Origin: Veleropilina oligotropha | Lineage: Eukaryota | Assembly (NCBI GenBank): GCA_048128005.1 | Contig: JBEUKZ010000006.1 | Coordinates: forward strand, 434,001-498,000 | DNA: 64,000 nucleotides | Direction of reading: 5' to 3' | Shown: piece after piece, positions 48,114 through 57,833 of the stretch | Layout of the letters: each line of letters begins with the position of its first letter | Numbering within the stretch: the stretch's first letter is position 1 | Translations under genes and position numbers: made by a program | The notes under the pieces: model-generated | Databases searched by the model: none | Told to the model about the DNA's origin: nothing | What the model saw: only the letters and a program-made list of their open reading frames with translations

Positions 48114-51071
48114 TTACTGATTAGAAGACCTCGGTCTAACAATAACCCGTTGTGCAGCAACACAGTGTAAACTGCTTAGGCCATCAGCCCCGGTTGAGTA
48201 GTCGCGCAGATAATGTTTGACAAACACGTTAGCGTTTTTCCAATATCCGGCCTGTAGTAACGCATTGATATTTAAATTATGTCGGAAGGCTACAGACGCT
48301 GCAATGGCCCGGACCTCATGTGCGCGGACCGATAAAATAGTTCGGTCGTCGTCATCACAACGGATGTAAACATCTCTCACAGTTTGTGAAATCCACCGCG
48401 AAACAGTAGTCCTCGTAATGTCGCGGGTGTAGGTGGGCAAATACGAAATGAATAAACGTAATTTTCCCTGTCGCAACTCACGGGTTCTGTCTAGGTAGAA
48501 TCGAAGCGCCCGGACCGGGCAATTGAAGCGGTCTGCGTCGCGCCTTCCGACTAGCGTTAGCTTGGGAATAACAACATCGGGTGCGTCCTCGTTCGGCCGC
48601 TGGTTCTTGGCTAAGAAGCCCAGAATGGGACGCAGTATCACCGACCCGTCTGACTGGAATCGTATGTCTCTTAGCTCGGAGGAGAAAGCATGAATCTCGG
48701 AACAACGCCTGCCCGACGCTAAGGCGATCAGAAAAACTGTTTTGTGCGTCAAGTTCCTCATGGTTATCTCGGACATCGGCTCATACGGGGGTAAGAGTAA
48801 TGCGTTAAGAATAAGTACGATATTCCAGGCAGGTGGCTTAATTCTTCGGGTCGGTATCTCGAGTTCATAAGATCGTATAAAATCTGATATCGTTCGGTCG
48901 CTTGATAGGCCAGCATGGGCACGACACTGCTTTAGCGTGGTCGCGATCGTTGCCCGATAGCCTTTGACGGCGGACACTGACATACCGCGGTCGAAGAGCG
49001 ACGATAAAAACTCGATAAACTTGTTCACAGGGGGACGGAGTATATTGATCTGCCTGCTGTGACACCAATCCACGTACTTAACCCATCGGTAGTCATAGAC
49101 TTTTGTAGTGGAAATCCTTCTCGATCGGTAGATACGTAAGGCTGTAGCTTTAGAAAATCCTTTCTTAGCAAGGGATCGTTCGATAACCGCCAGGCGTGTA
49201 AACGTAAGTGGTTCGGCGACTCGTGGAGTACACGGGTGCGTGGTTGCATTAACAGGTCTAGTTTCTGCGGTAACGCTAACGGTCGATCGACGATCAGATC
49301 GAGGAGGGTCGGAAACCAAGGTTGCGTGCGATACAGGGGCGCTATTAGCGTTATCTCGCAACGTTCGGTCGCTGCCTTCTGTAATACCAGTGATAGAATG
49401 CACGTCGGGGGGAAGGCATACGCGGACAGATTCTCCCATGTCATTGACATTGCGTCGACCGCCAGGGCGGCCGGGTCTGGGTACGGGGAGACATACAGAG
49501 GTAGTCGGTAATTGAATTCTGTTGCAAACAAGTCGACTTGGGGTTGCGACCACCGGCGGCAAACCTCCCGAGCTACTCGGCTGTGTAGCGTCCACTCTGT
49601 GTGTATAATCTGTGATCTCCGAGAGAGCGAATCCGCTCTGACATTCAGCTTTCCCGGGATGTGTCGGGCTCGAATCGTCGAGTTGAGGGACATCACTAAG
49701 CGGTGTAGGTCTATTGCTCGGTCGCATAGGGGACGCGAGCGTGTACCGCCCTGGTGCTGTATGTAAGCGACGACAGTCGTGTTGTCCGTGGCGAGCATTA
49801 TATGCTTGTTGCGGAGATGTGACGAGAGGGACCGTACTGACAGGTAGACGGCTTCTAACTCTAGGAAGTTGATATGTCGTCCCTGAAGGTCTGTCGGCCA
49901 TAGGCCTGATGTCTCGTAACTGTCGAGGTGACCACCCCAGCCGTCGTTCGAAGCGTCTGTGAACAGGTAAGCGTTCGGCTCTGGTGGGGATATAGGAACC
50001 GACTGGTCCGGCAAAGCGGGGTTCAACCACACTGCTGTCGTGTCGGTAAACCAATGCCGTAGATCGATGCGATCCTTCCACTGCCCCGTCCGTTGTATCC
50101 AGCGATCCCTGAAAGCCTGTTGTAACGGTCTTTTGTCCATGCGACCCGTCGGTAGCAGGGGCGCTACCGACTCGATGTGCCCCAGGACAGTGGCCAGTTG
50201 TCGCGCCGTAGTTATGTCCGATGACAGGGTGTCTTGGATAACCGCGCGTAGGTTCCGCATACGCTTCTGGGTCGGCTTCGCGGTGTACCGGACCGTATCG
50301 AAGTCGACTCCGAGGAACGTAAACGTCGTCGAGGGCACGAAGCAGGATTTTGTCTCGTTGATCTGAAATCCCAGGCGCTTCGTCGATGACAGGGTAAAGC
50401 TCGTAGACCGGAGGCACAGATCTCGGGACGCCCCGAGGATCAGCCAGTCGTCGAGGTACATATGTACCCTGTGCCCTAGAGAGTGTAGGAAGGCCCCCAG
50501 GGCCTGTACTGTTCTCGTGAAGACGTACGGGGCTGACGATAGACCGAACGGTAGGCACCTGAATTGGTAGATCGTCTCCCCGTGTATAAACCGAAGGTAC
50601 TGATGAGCCGTGATATGCATCGGGACATGCAGATACGCGTCGGCGAGATCGATAGACGCTGCCCAGTCGCCCGGACGGATGGCCGCTCGAATCTTCGAGA
50701 GGGTTTCTTGCTGGAATTTCTCGGTACGAAGATATAGGTTTAGGTACGAGAGATCGAGGATCGGTCTCCAGCGGCCATCGGGTTTCGGGACCAGGAAGAA
50801 ATGGCTGTAAAATCCTGGTGTGCTGGGCGGCGCGGGATATATCGCTCTTTTTAGGAGCAAATCCCGCACTGCCTGGTCTAAGACCGCTTGTTTCTCTCCG
50901 TTTAGGAGGCGAGCGTGTCTTGTTGGTGGTGCCTCGGTTAAGGTCGGATGCCGGTTGAATGCCAACTTGTATCCGGCACTCACGACTAAGTGGACCCAGT
51001 TGCTGTCTGTCAGCTCTAGCCAGGGCTGGCTGTGTGCTAACAGGCACGCTCCCACCGGCGGGAGCGGGCAA
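48114..51071 (-). CDS. DIRS tyrosine recombinase ORF with a long N-terminal frame overlapping pol
   Basis: Catalytic motifs SGRRCSEI, AHEVRAIAAS, AGYW..FVKHY. The listed start is TTG, so the real initiation site is unknown. Confidence 0.88.
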   Translation of the reverse strand: MPAPAGGSVPVSTQPALARADRQQLGPLSRECRIQVGIQPASDLNRGTTNKTRSPPKRRETSGLRPGSAGFAPKKSDISRAAQHTRILQPFLPGPETRWPLETDPRSLVPKPISSYREIPARNPLEDSSGHPSGRLGSVYRSRRRVSACPDAYHGSSVPSVYTRGDDLPIQVPTVRSIVSPVRLHENSTGPGGLPTLSRAQGTYVPRRLADPRGVPRSVPPVYELYPVIDEAPGISDQRDKILLRALDDVYVPRSRLRYGPVHREADPEAYAEPTRGYPRHPVIGHNYGATTGHCPGAHRVGSAPATDGSHGQKTVTTGFQGSLDTTDGAVEGSHRSTALVYRHDSSVVEPRFAGPVGSYIPTRAERLPVHRRFERRLGWSPRQLRDIRPMADRPSGTTYQLPRVRSRLPVSTVPLVTSPQQAYNARHGQHDCRRLHTAPGRYTLASPMRPSNRPTPLSDVPQLDDSSPTHPGKAECQSGFALSEITDYTHRVDATQPSSSGGLPPVVATPSRLVCNRIQLPTTSVCLPVPRPGRPGGRRNVNDMGESVRVCLPPDVHSITGITEGSDRTLRDNANSAPVSHATLVSDPPRSDRRSTVSVTAETRPVNATTHPCTPRVAEPLTFTRLAVIERSLAKKGFSKATALRIYRSRRISTTKVYDYRWVKYVDWCHSRQINILRPPVNKFIEFLSSLFDRGMSVSAVKGYRATIATTLKQCRAHAGLSSDRTISDFIRSYELEIPTRRIKPPAWNIVLILNALLLPPYEPMSEITMRNLTHKTVFLIALASGRRCSEIHAFSSELRDIRFQSDGSVILRPILGFLAKNQRPNEDAPDVVIPKLTLVGRRDADRFNCPVRALRFYLDRTRELRQGKLRLFISYLPTYTRDITRTTVSRWISQTVRDVYIRCDDDDRTILSVRAHEVRAIAASVAFRHNLNINALLQAGYWKNANVFVKHYLRDYSTGADGLSSLHCVAAQRVIVRPRSSNQ
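49025..51055 (-). CDS. DIRS pol: reverse transcriptase, RNase H and methyltransferase-like domain
   Basis: WRPILDL, DLADAY, LPFGLSSAP, YLDDWL (RT); TDAS, LELEAV, TDN, NVRADSLSR (RNase H); VDLFA..YAFPP (MT). Confidence 0.92.
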   Translation of the reverse strand: MGACLLAHSQPWLELTDSNWVHLVVSAGYKLAFNRHPTLTEAPPTRHARLLNGEKQAVLDQAVRDLLLKRAIYPAPPSTPGFYSHFFLVPKPDGRWRPILDLSYLNLYLRTEKFQQETLSKIRAAIRPGDWAASIDLADAYLHVPMHITAHQYLRFIHGETIYQFRCLPFGLSSAPYVFTRTVQALGAFLHSLGHRVHMYLDDWLILGASRDLCLRSTSFTLSSTKRLGFQINETKSCFVPSTTFTFLGVDFDTVRYTAKPTQKRMRNLRAVIQDTLSSDITTARQLATVLGHIESVAPLLPTGRMDKRPLQQAFRDRWIQRTGQWKDRIDLRHWFTDTTAVWLNPALPDQSVPISPPEPNAYLFTDASNDGWGGHLDSYETSGLWPTDLQGRHINFLELEAVYLSVRSLSSHLRNKHIMLATDNTTVVAYIQHQGGTRSRPLCDRAIDLHRLVMSLNSTIRARHIPGKLNVRADSLSRRSQIIHTEWTLHSRVAREVCRRWSQPQVDLFATEFNYRLPLYVSPYPDPAALAVDAMSMTWENLSAYAFPPTCILSLVLQKAATERCEITLIAPLYRTQPWFPTLLDLIVDRPLALPQKLDLLMQPRTRVLHESPNHLRLHAWRLSNDPLLRKDFLKLQPYVSTDREGFPLQKSMTTDGLSTWIGVTAGRSIYSVPL

Positions 51072-51098
51072 CTGGGGCCGTCGCGAATGCCGGCAGCC

Positions 51099-53348
51099 CT
51101 AGGGCCGAGGCTTCCCTATCCCGCTCTGCTTGCGGGATTTCGCTGGAGGTGCTCGCCTCTTTGGAGTGGGTTTATTGGCCGGAGGCCTACCACCCGAAGA
51201 GGGCTTCGCACGCTTAGAAGGCTTCGGGGCCGGGGTGGGCCCGGAGCGCTTCTTCGAGTTGGCAGGTGGACCCCGGGTGGGGAGCAGTACTGCCTTCTCG
51301 ATGGCACGGTCCTTAATGTCCGCCGCTCTCTTGTCAACAAACTCCGTGAAGTTGTCACCAAAGAGAGTGGTGGCCGAGCAAGGTACGCATCGCAACGAGC
51401 GCCGGGTGGGCTCGTCCAGCGAGGTACCTTCCAGGCAAGCATCCCTACGTAGTAGGAGGGCATTGCCCAGGACACGTCCCGTCTCCAACGCGCTGGTCTC
51501 CTGCGCGGCAGCAACCTCCTGGAGGAAGGACAGGGCAGCCTCGGTGGCGCCGGGTCCATTCTCCTGTAATACGGCTATCGCCCCGTCTAGGAAAAAATCC
51601 TGAACGGACGATAGCCGCAGAGCCCGTCGGGCGGAGCTCTCGAAAGCTTCCAAGGCCGACCAAGGAACTTTCGCTACGGAGGGAGTGTGACTGGCGGTCA
51701 GTCGACGCAACGAAGCGTCAACACGAGCCGGCTCAGTCGCCAGGCACGGGCCAGTGCATTCGAACGGGATCGCTCGAGTACTGGCCCGGAGGTACCTCCC
51801 ACTACGGAACCCCGAAGGGAACTCGTTCAGCGGGGAGGACTCCACCGGATTGCGCCCCTGAACGAGCTTGGTGATCGAGTCTACAACAAGATCCACCAGC
51901 CCGGACTGAGGTAAGGAGGGGAGCTCGGGGGCTTCCCTCGCAACAAACCGATGTGCTGCCGTCCTATGCTTGGCTACGTCTACAGCCGACCGAGTCGGTT
52001 CCGACAAGCCAAGCACCCCGCGAAGTGACGCAACAGCGTCGAGCCTTCGGCGGGTGGAGGAGGTCGGCTCCTGCGTGCCTGTAAGACTAATGTCTTCGGA
52101 CCCGACCGATTCAGGGAGGTCGGTGTGATTTGAACAGAGATCCTCGTTGGAACGAGGGTCGATGTCTATCACTGAGGCAGGAGCCGTGCTCTGCGCCATG
52201 GGCAGAAGTGTAGGTACCAGGTGCGGCTCGGGAGCCGTCGGCCAGGCCTTACACCGTTCCTCGATCCCCGCCGCGATCCATGCCTGGACGTTCTCAAAAG
52301 AGAAACCCGAAGGCAGGACGGGCGACGAACTAACAGCCGGTAGTTCTGTCGAGGTAACCGTGGCGCTAGGTAGACGGGCTGCATTGACAGGTCGAACCGA
52401 GGACCAGGGTCCACGGGCACTTGTCGAGGGGTCGAACCCGAAGGACTGGCCCGAAGGCACAGTCAGTGGGCCGGACGACCGATAGGACTGCGGCAACAGT
52501 TCTGATCGGTCTACCACTCTGTTCGAGCGAGGCACGGACGGAAAAGCGCCGTAGAACCCCGTCCCGAACGCAGCCGGTCTGTCCACGTTCTCTAGCGTGA
52601 CCACGGTGGGTGCACGGGAGAGACCGGGCCCTCTGAATGTCTCGTGAGCTTCGAGGTTGAGCGGAAAACCCCTAGGGGAAGTCGCATCGTTCTCGACCGA
52701 GGATTCAGGTTTCGCCGATTGTCCGAGTCTTAGACCTACAAGTAGGTGCCCGGCCTCTTTAAAGGCTTTCTCTGCATTGGGTCTGTCACCGTAGGAAGAC
52801 GGTGAGTTTCCCGCAGAAGGACTAACTGTCCCCTTATTCTTCGAGGCCGAAGAAAAGGATGGGGATGGTCTGCCCTGTACAGCTGTTCGCTGCGCTGTCA
52901 TGTATACCTTGCTAGCCGGCAAGGTATGGCTGACTGCAGCTACTAGGCCCGGTTTTGGAGGATCGGTCGACACTCGGGTCTTTACCTGAATCTTGGGTAC
53001 CGGCAAGGTTTCGGTGACTCTCCCAAGAGTCGCGGAGGTTTCGCCGGTGGATCCGGCGACAGACGTCCCCTTGTGTCGGCTGTCGTCCAGCGTCCCTGAA
53101 GCAGACAAAGAAGAAACGTTAGGTAACTTACCGGTCTGTTCCTGACCCTTCTCCGGGGGAGGACCCACCGTGGCAGTCGCCCTGGTCGACTTACCGTGGT
53201 GAGACAGGGTTGCCCACTGCTTATCTGATAGAAGAAAGCACAGATCACATTGATGATGTATACTACAGCTACGGTGAGTACAACATTCCTTGTGCCTATC
53301 AAATGCGTGAATTTTCTGGTTACACCCGGAGCTACTGCACCGGACCAT
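51099..53348 (-). CDS. DIRS ORF1 (gag-like) with N-terminal Cys/His cluster
   Basis: ATG at 53348: MVRCSSSGC..DRHKECCTHRSCSIHHQCDLC; C-terminal LLLRRD..LFG and a basic tail. Confidence 0.85.
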   Translation of the reverse strand: MVRCSSSGCNQKIHAFDRHKECCTHRSCSIHHQCDLCFLLSDKQWATLSHHGKSTRATATVGPPPEKGQEQTGKLPNVSSLSASGTLDDSRHKGTSVAGSTGETSATLGRVTETLPVPKIQVKTRVSTDPPKPGLVAAVSHTLPASKVYMTAQRTAVQGRPSPSFSSASKNKGTVSPSAGNSPSSYGDRPNAEKAFKEAGHLLVGLRLGQSAKPESSVENDATSPRGFPLNLEAHETFRGPGLSRAPTVVTLENVDRPAAFGTGFYGAFPSVPRSNRVVDRSELLPQSYRSSGPLTVPSGQSFGFDPSTSARGPWSSVRPVNAARLPSATVTSTELPAVSSSPVLPSGFSFENVQAWIAAGIEERCKAWPTAPEPHLVPTLLPMAQSTAPASVIDIDPRSNEDLCSNHTDLPESVGSEDISLTGTQEPTSSTRRRLDAVASLRGVLGLSEPTRSAVDVAKHRTAAHRFVAREAPELPSLPQSGLVDLVVDSITKLVQGRNPVESSPLNEFPSGFRSGRYLRASTRAIPFECTGPCLATEPARVDASLRRLTASHTPSVAKVPWSALEAFESSARRALRLSSVQDFFLDGAIAVLQENGPGATEAALSFLQEVAAAQETSALETGRVLGNALLLRRDACLEGTSLDEPTRRSLRCVPCSATTLFGDNFTEFVDKRAADIKDRAIEKAVLLPTRGPPANSKKRSGPTPAPKPSKRAKPSSGGRPPANKPTPKRRAPPAKSRKQSGIGKPRP

Positions 53349-54128
53349 AGCTAAATACACGGGAGGGTGGACGTGGGTAGACGGGGTAGATAAATAGGTA
53401 TATATATGGTAGTTGAGACTTCTTTCCTTGGAGGGAGTACTACGACAACTCACAGAATTGTCCTGATCTGAAGATTAGAGATCAAGCGATATACCGTTAT
53501 TAAAAACCCCGAACTGGGAACACCGAGGTCGGGTATTTTACCCGACCGACCCGGTAACCCGGCAAATTGACTAAAACAAAGGGAGGTTATTTCCTTGAAA
53601 AAACCGCCCAGAAAAACACCTGAAAACCTCGTGGATGTTTTATGTTAGTACAATGGCGTATTATCCCAGCCACGGCAGGATATCAGAAAATTAACGCAAG
53701 CTTAATATCAAAAGATCCTGCCTTTTTAACAACGCTAGAAATTTTTTATATAATAAATAACCAGCAAATAGCGTTGTTAAGGAATTATCCAATATAATGA
53801 GTTACCTGTTTTTCAGTCTCAAACAATATCAGATAATTATACCGACCAGAAATTTCAGCTAACACTCGAAACTTTCCCTCTAAGCGGCCATCTTTAACGG
53901 CCACGGCGTCCTTGACGACGATGTCGGTCTCCTTTGATGTCCAGAACTTCCTCGAAGTTTGAGAATCACTCTTCTTATATTCACATGTGTTTTAGATCCA
54001 CAACACAGGGTTATATTCCACTACTTATATACTATATAAGCAGAAACTGCGCCCTGATTTAACGTGAAATCGGGCGCCTATATCGAAATATTTGCGGAGC
54101 AAAACAACGTCTTTCCGCGACAGCGGAA

Positions 54129-54348
54129 AACTTTGAATTGATGTCATGTGACTTCTATTGTTCAGAAGTCTCACGAGACTTGGCGAAGTCTCGCTGGGGA
54201 ACGTGGGGGGTAGGAGCAGGGGAGGTAACCGTGTGCTTTTTTGGCTTATTAACGGTGCATTATGGGACATATTCACCATTTCCGGTTTGGGCGATAATAT
54301 ACTATTATGGCAAGAGTAAGGACGTAAGTATGTTTGTAACTATATATG
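54129..54348 (-). repeat. 5' (left) inverted terminal repeat of DIRS copy 1
   Basis: Reverse complement of ~57465-57681; its terminus matches half of the ICR at 57793-57833. Confidence 0.9.
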
Positions 54349-55081
54349 TCACTGCTAAAATGTACCTGACACACGGCGAGACGATTCTCATAGGCTTAGT
54401 CCTGTTATCAAATCGCCGCATTTATATTATGTTCCATATTGTCATATCATACCTGTCATATCATTGTATATCGTGATAATATGCTTGTATAAGAATGCAA
54501 CCCAAATAAAATATTGTTAAACTAAAACTAAACCAAATCGAATTCAAACGACAATATATATTTAATATATTGAAAGTACCGTCACAACGCTTCCGTAAAT
54601 TTCTATCTTTATCATTTATTTTCACATAATTGAATCGATTTATACTGTAATCTTATATCCCTCGTGTTATTACTTTCCTTGAGCAATGGCGCCGCATCAC
54701 AGAATTATGGGACTGCGTGAGGTCATCTGCAACCTATGTATATACTTGCTTGTGTTTTAAGCGACGAAAATGGCAGAGTTCAATATGGCCCGTATGCACA
54801 AATATTAGATTAAATCTGGTTTAAACCTGGATCCATTAATCTATGATTAACACCGGTTCAAACTAATCCATGATCCGTATGCGCCAACCAATGTGAACCT
54901 AGATTACAAGATCCACGATTAATCGCTGATTGAAACTGACATGCATCCAAGAAGCACGTTGGAAAGGTATTAGGGCAGTCGACCAAGGTCAATTATTTGT
55001 GAAACAAAGGAAGTGGGACAATTCTTCCCACATCTGACAACCCTCAGGATAGCCTAACGTATTCGGATCATTGGATCAGTC

Positions 55082-56167
55082 ATGTCAACCAAAAAAAGTA
55101 GCAAGAACTTTAGCGAAGTTGAAAGAAATATATTGATACAATTAATTGAAGAAAAACATAGTATAATTGAAAACAAAAGTACTGATGCACAAGCATCACT
55201 GAAGAAAGAGAATGCATGGAATGATGTTACAGAAAACTTTAACAACAACGCAAACGTTACAAAAAGGGAAAAGTTTCATCTTAAAAATCTATGGAAAAAC
55301 ATAAAGGTGAAAGCTAAGCGTGATGTGGCTACGGAAAGGAAGGAGAGGCAGAAGACTGGCGGGGGAGCGGCAGCGACCACTGTGACACTCGAGACACGGC
55401 GTGTTGCAGGCATTATACCGGCTCAGATGAAGCCGTTAGACAATCCGTATGACGATGACCCTTCATCAGACACTGTGTTTCGGGGTAAGAATGAATTACA
55501 AACATAATTTCACCAAAAGATAAATTTACTTACATTTAAATATATAATTTGGAATCTGTATGCATGCGTACGACTCAATAGTTTGTGGGTTTAACTGAAT
55601 TTACCAGATATTCGGAACAACAAAACAGAATGGAATATTTAAAAGAAATCATTATTAAAACTTTTCATATACATTATCTGTTGTTAATAAAGTACTGATG
55701 GTTATTCTTCCTGTTTCGTAGTTAAATACAGTAGTAGGCACGCTAACTCTGATTGATCATTGAATATTGATGTTCTTCTTTTCTTGACAGACACTATGGA
55801 GAGCCATTTGGGGGATGAAGGGCATGCTGAAGTGGTTGTCACTCCACAACCGGGTGCGTCGAATGCAGCCACACCAGACTATGTCACCACTGGAACGAAA
55901 GGGGATAACGGTGTCAAGCATGGCGGGAACAAAGGCATCACAATTTGTGATGCTCGCAGTGAGATGATGAAAATGGCAAAGGAGGAGCATGACATGAAAA
56001 TGAAATTGCTGCAGTTGTAATACGAGCAGTCGATCAAGGAACATCAACTCAGGATGAAATTACTCAACAAATCTGCCAACGATGTTGAGTTCCATATCCA
56101 GATCGATACAGATGGAATTAACCATGTTCTTGGTTTAAGCACCAATAGCGGGAATTGCGATGTTTAG
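55082..56167 (+). pseudogene. Harbinger Myb/SANT-like DNA-binding protein (exons 55082-55484 and 55791-56167; probable premature TAA at 56018)
   Basis: NFSEVERNILIQL..KENAWNDVTENFN..LKNLWKNIK..QKTGGG; G|GTAAGA and GACAG| splice sites in matching phase; the EHxxxMKLL coiled-coil repeat continues after the stop. Confidence 0.85.
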
Positions 56168-56347
56168 AAATATTTAAATAATTTTAAACAAGTCGTTGGG
56201 CTTAACTTTTTGTAATATTTACTGTTTTTATTATTTGTGATGTACCGGTACTTATGCAGATATGTGTCATTGTTTAAAACAAGTGTATTTCTATGCAATC
56301 TGAGTTATTTTCAGTTTAATACGCAAATAAATTGTAATATTACCTTT

Positions 56348-57393
56348 CTAATTTGCAAAATGTTGTTGGGTTATGTTGATTCGAACCGCATTTCCTGCAT
56401 GGTTTACAGCTCGGTGAGGTTGATCTGGCGGAACATCATCATTAAAGTCAGCTTCAATATCATCATTTGGAACGGGATCATGCAGCCTGATGGATAGGTT
56501 ATGTAACACCCCTGTAGAAATAATCACGACCAGTGCCCTTTCCAATTTCATGCGTAGACCATATTTTAGACATGGAAAGCGTCGCTTCCATACACCAAAC
56601 ATTCGTTCCACAATTGAACGTGTTCTTCGTTGCGAAGAATTATATATGTGCTGATCATTATCAGCAGGATTCGCGAAAGGCGTTAGAAGGTACCTTCTGC
56701 ATGGATACCCAGCATCACCAAGAAGAATGCCATCTACCTCATCCTTTCGAATTGACCGCATATTGTGCTGTTTTCAAATATCCTTGTGTCATGAGTTGAA
56801 CCGGGCCAGCGGGCAACGATGTTAATAAATTCCAAGGAAGGCCCGCTTATCCCTTGTACATTGACTGAATAAAAACCTTTACGATTCCGAAACAGCTCCG
56901 CTTGATCTCCTCCTGGACACGATACTGGTATATGAGTGCAGTCAATTGCCCCAACAACCCCGGGGAAGCCGGCTACTCCATGAAATAAGTGATGATTCCG
57001 TCGTTGTGGTTCCCGATTTGGGAAATTTAAGTATCGCCCTTTACTCTCGGCGATGGCAGCGGATACTCTAGTAATAATGCGCCCGGCAGTTGTTTGGTGA
57101 ACACCGGCGAGATCGCCATCAGTCATCTGGAAATTTCCAGAAGCATAGAAATGCAGAGTAAGTAGTAAGCGATTCATTGGTGAGAGTGGATCGTTGCGCT
57201 CAGAGTTTGCTCTAATGTTGTTTTCTATTACGTCCAGTAACTCTATTACATTATGTTTCCTGAATCGATATCTTCGATGGAATTCCTCATCACTAAAATG
57301 TTCAAACGGGTTAATCCTGTTTCTAAATATTCGTTCAGGCCCTGCAAATACCTCTGTCTGTTCCAATCGCTGAAGTGCTTCGAGATCTGCCAT
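56348..57393 (-). pseudogene. Harbinger (HARBI1-like) DDE nuclease with one frameshift near 56745
   Basis: YRF, GAIDCTHI, NRKG, WPGSTHD, then GDAGY and VERMFGVWKRRF in the next frame. Confidence 0.9.
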
Positions 57394-57742
57394 GTTGCTA
57401 ACACGGTACTGACTATCGTAATGAATGCAATATGAGGTTTTAATGTAAACCTAATATTAGTATAAAACATACTTACGTCCTTACTCTTGCCATAATAGTA
57501 ATATTATCGCCAACCGGAAACAGTGAATAAGTCACATTATGCACTATTAATAAGTCAAAGACGCAAAAAACGTACCACGGTTACCTCCCCTGCTCCTCCT
57601 CCCCCACGTTCCCCCGCGAGACCTCGCCAAGTCTCGCGAGACTTCTGAACCATAGAAGTCACATGACATCAATTCAAAGTTCAAAAACCACAAAGGAACG
57701 TAGTAGAGGGGAGGAATGCGAAACGCAGGGTGGGTAATCGTG

Positions 57743-57833
57743 GTAAGGACGTAAGTATGTTTTATACTAATATTAGGTTTACATTAAAACCTCATATATA
57801 GTTACAAACATACTTACGTCCTTACTCTTGCCA
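57743..57833. other. DIRS internal complementary region (ICR)
   Basis: GTAAGGAC..AAAACCT-CAT-ATATAGTTAC..CTTGCCA joins the reverse complements of the 3' terminus (57432-57484) and the 5' terminus (54308-54348). Confidence 0.9.

Larger units (their letters stand above)
47389..54348 (-). mobile_element. DIRS1-type retrotransposon, copy 1 (intact 5' ITR; 3' ICR and ITR missing)
   Basis: Gag, RT/RNaseH/MT and tyrosine recombinase ORFs. Similarity to copy 2 stops at a (TA)n tract at 47389. Confidence 0.93.
54787..57431. mobile_element. PIF/Harbinger DNA transposon, cut on the right by DIRS copy 2
   Basis: Left end GGCCCGTATGCACAAA with GATTAA-rich subterminal repeats; convergent Myb/SANT and DDE nuclease genes. 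Confidence 0.88.

Noticed and set aside
50820..52485. Plus-strand ORFs antisense to DIRS gag/pol (also at 61372-63508)
   Set aside because: Expected in GC-rich coding DNA; their presence in both copies only reflects near-identity.
54129..57681. A Harbinger with ~210-bp TIRs, or a circularly permuted Harbinger captured by the DIRS recombinase
   Set aside because: The long inverted arms match the DIRS ICR and so are DIRS ends. Joining the spacer ends does not restore a right Harbinger TIR, and 54349-54540 looks like an unrelated retroposon 3' tail (AATAAA..ACTAAAACTAAAC).
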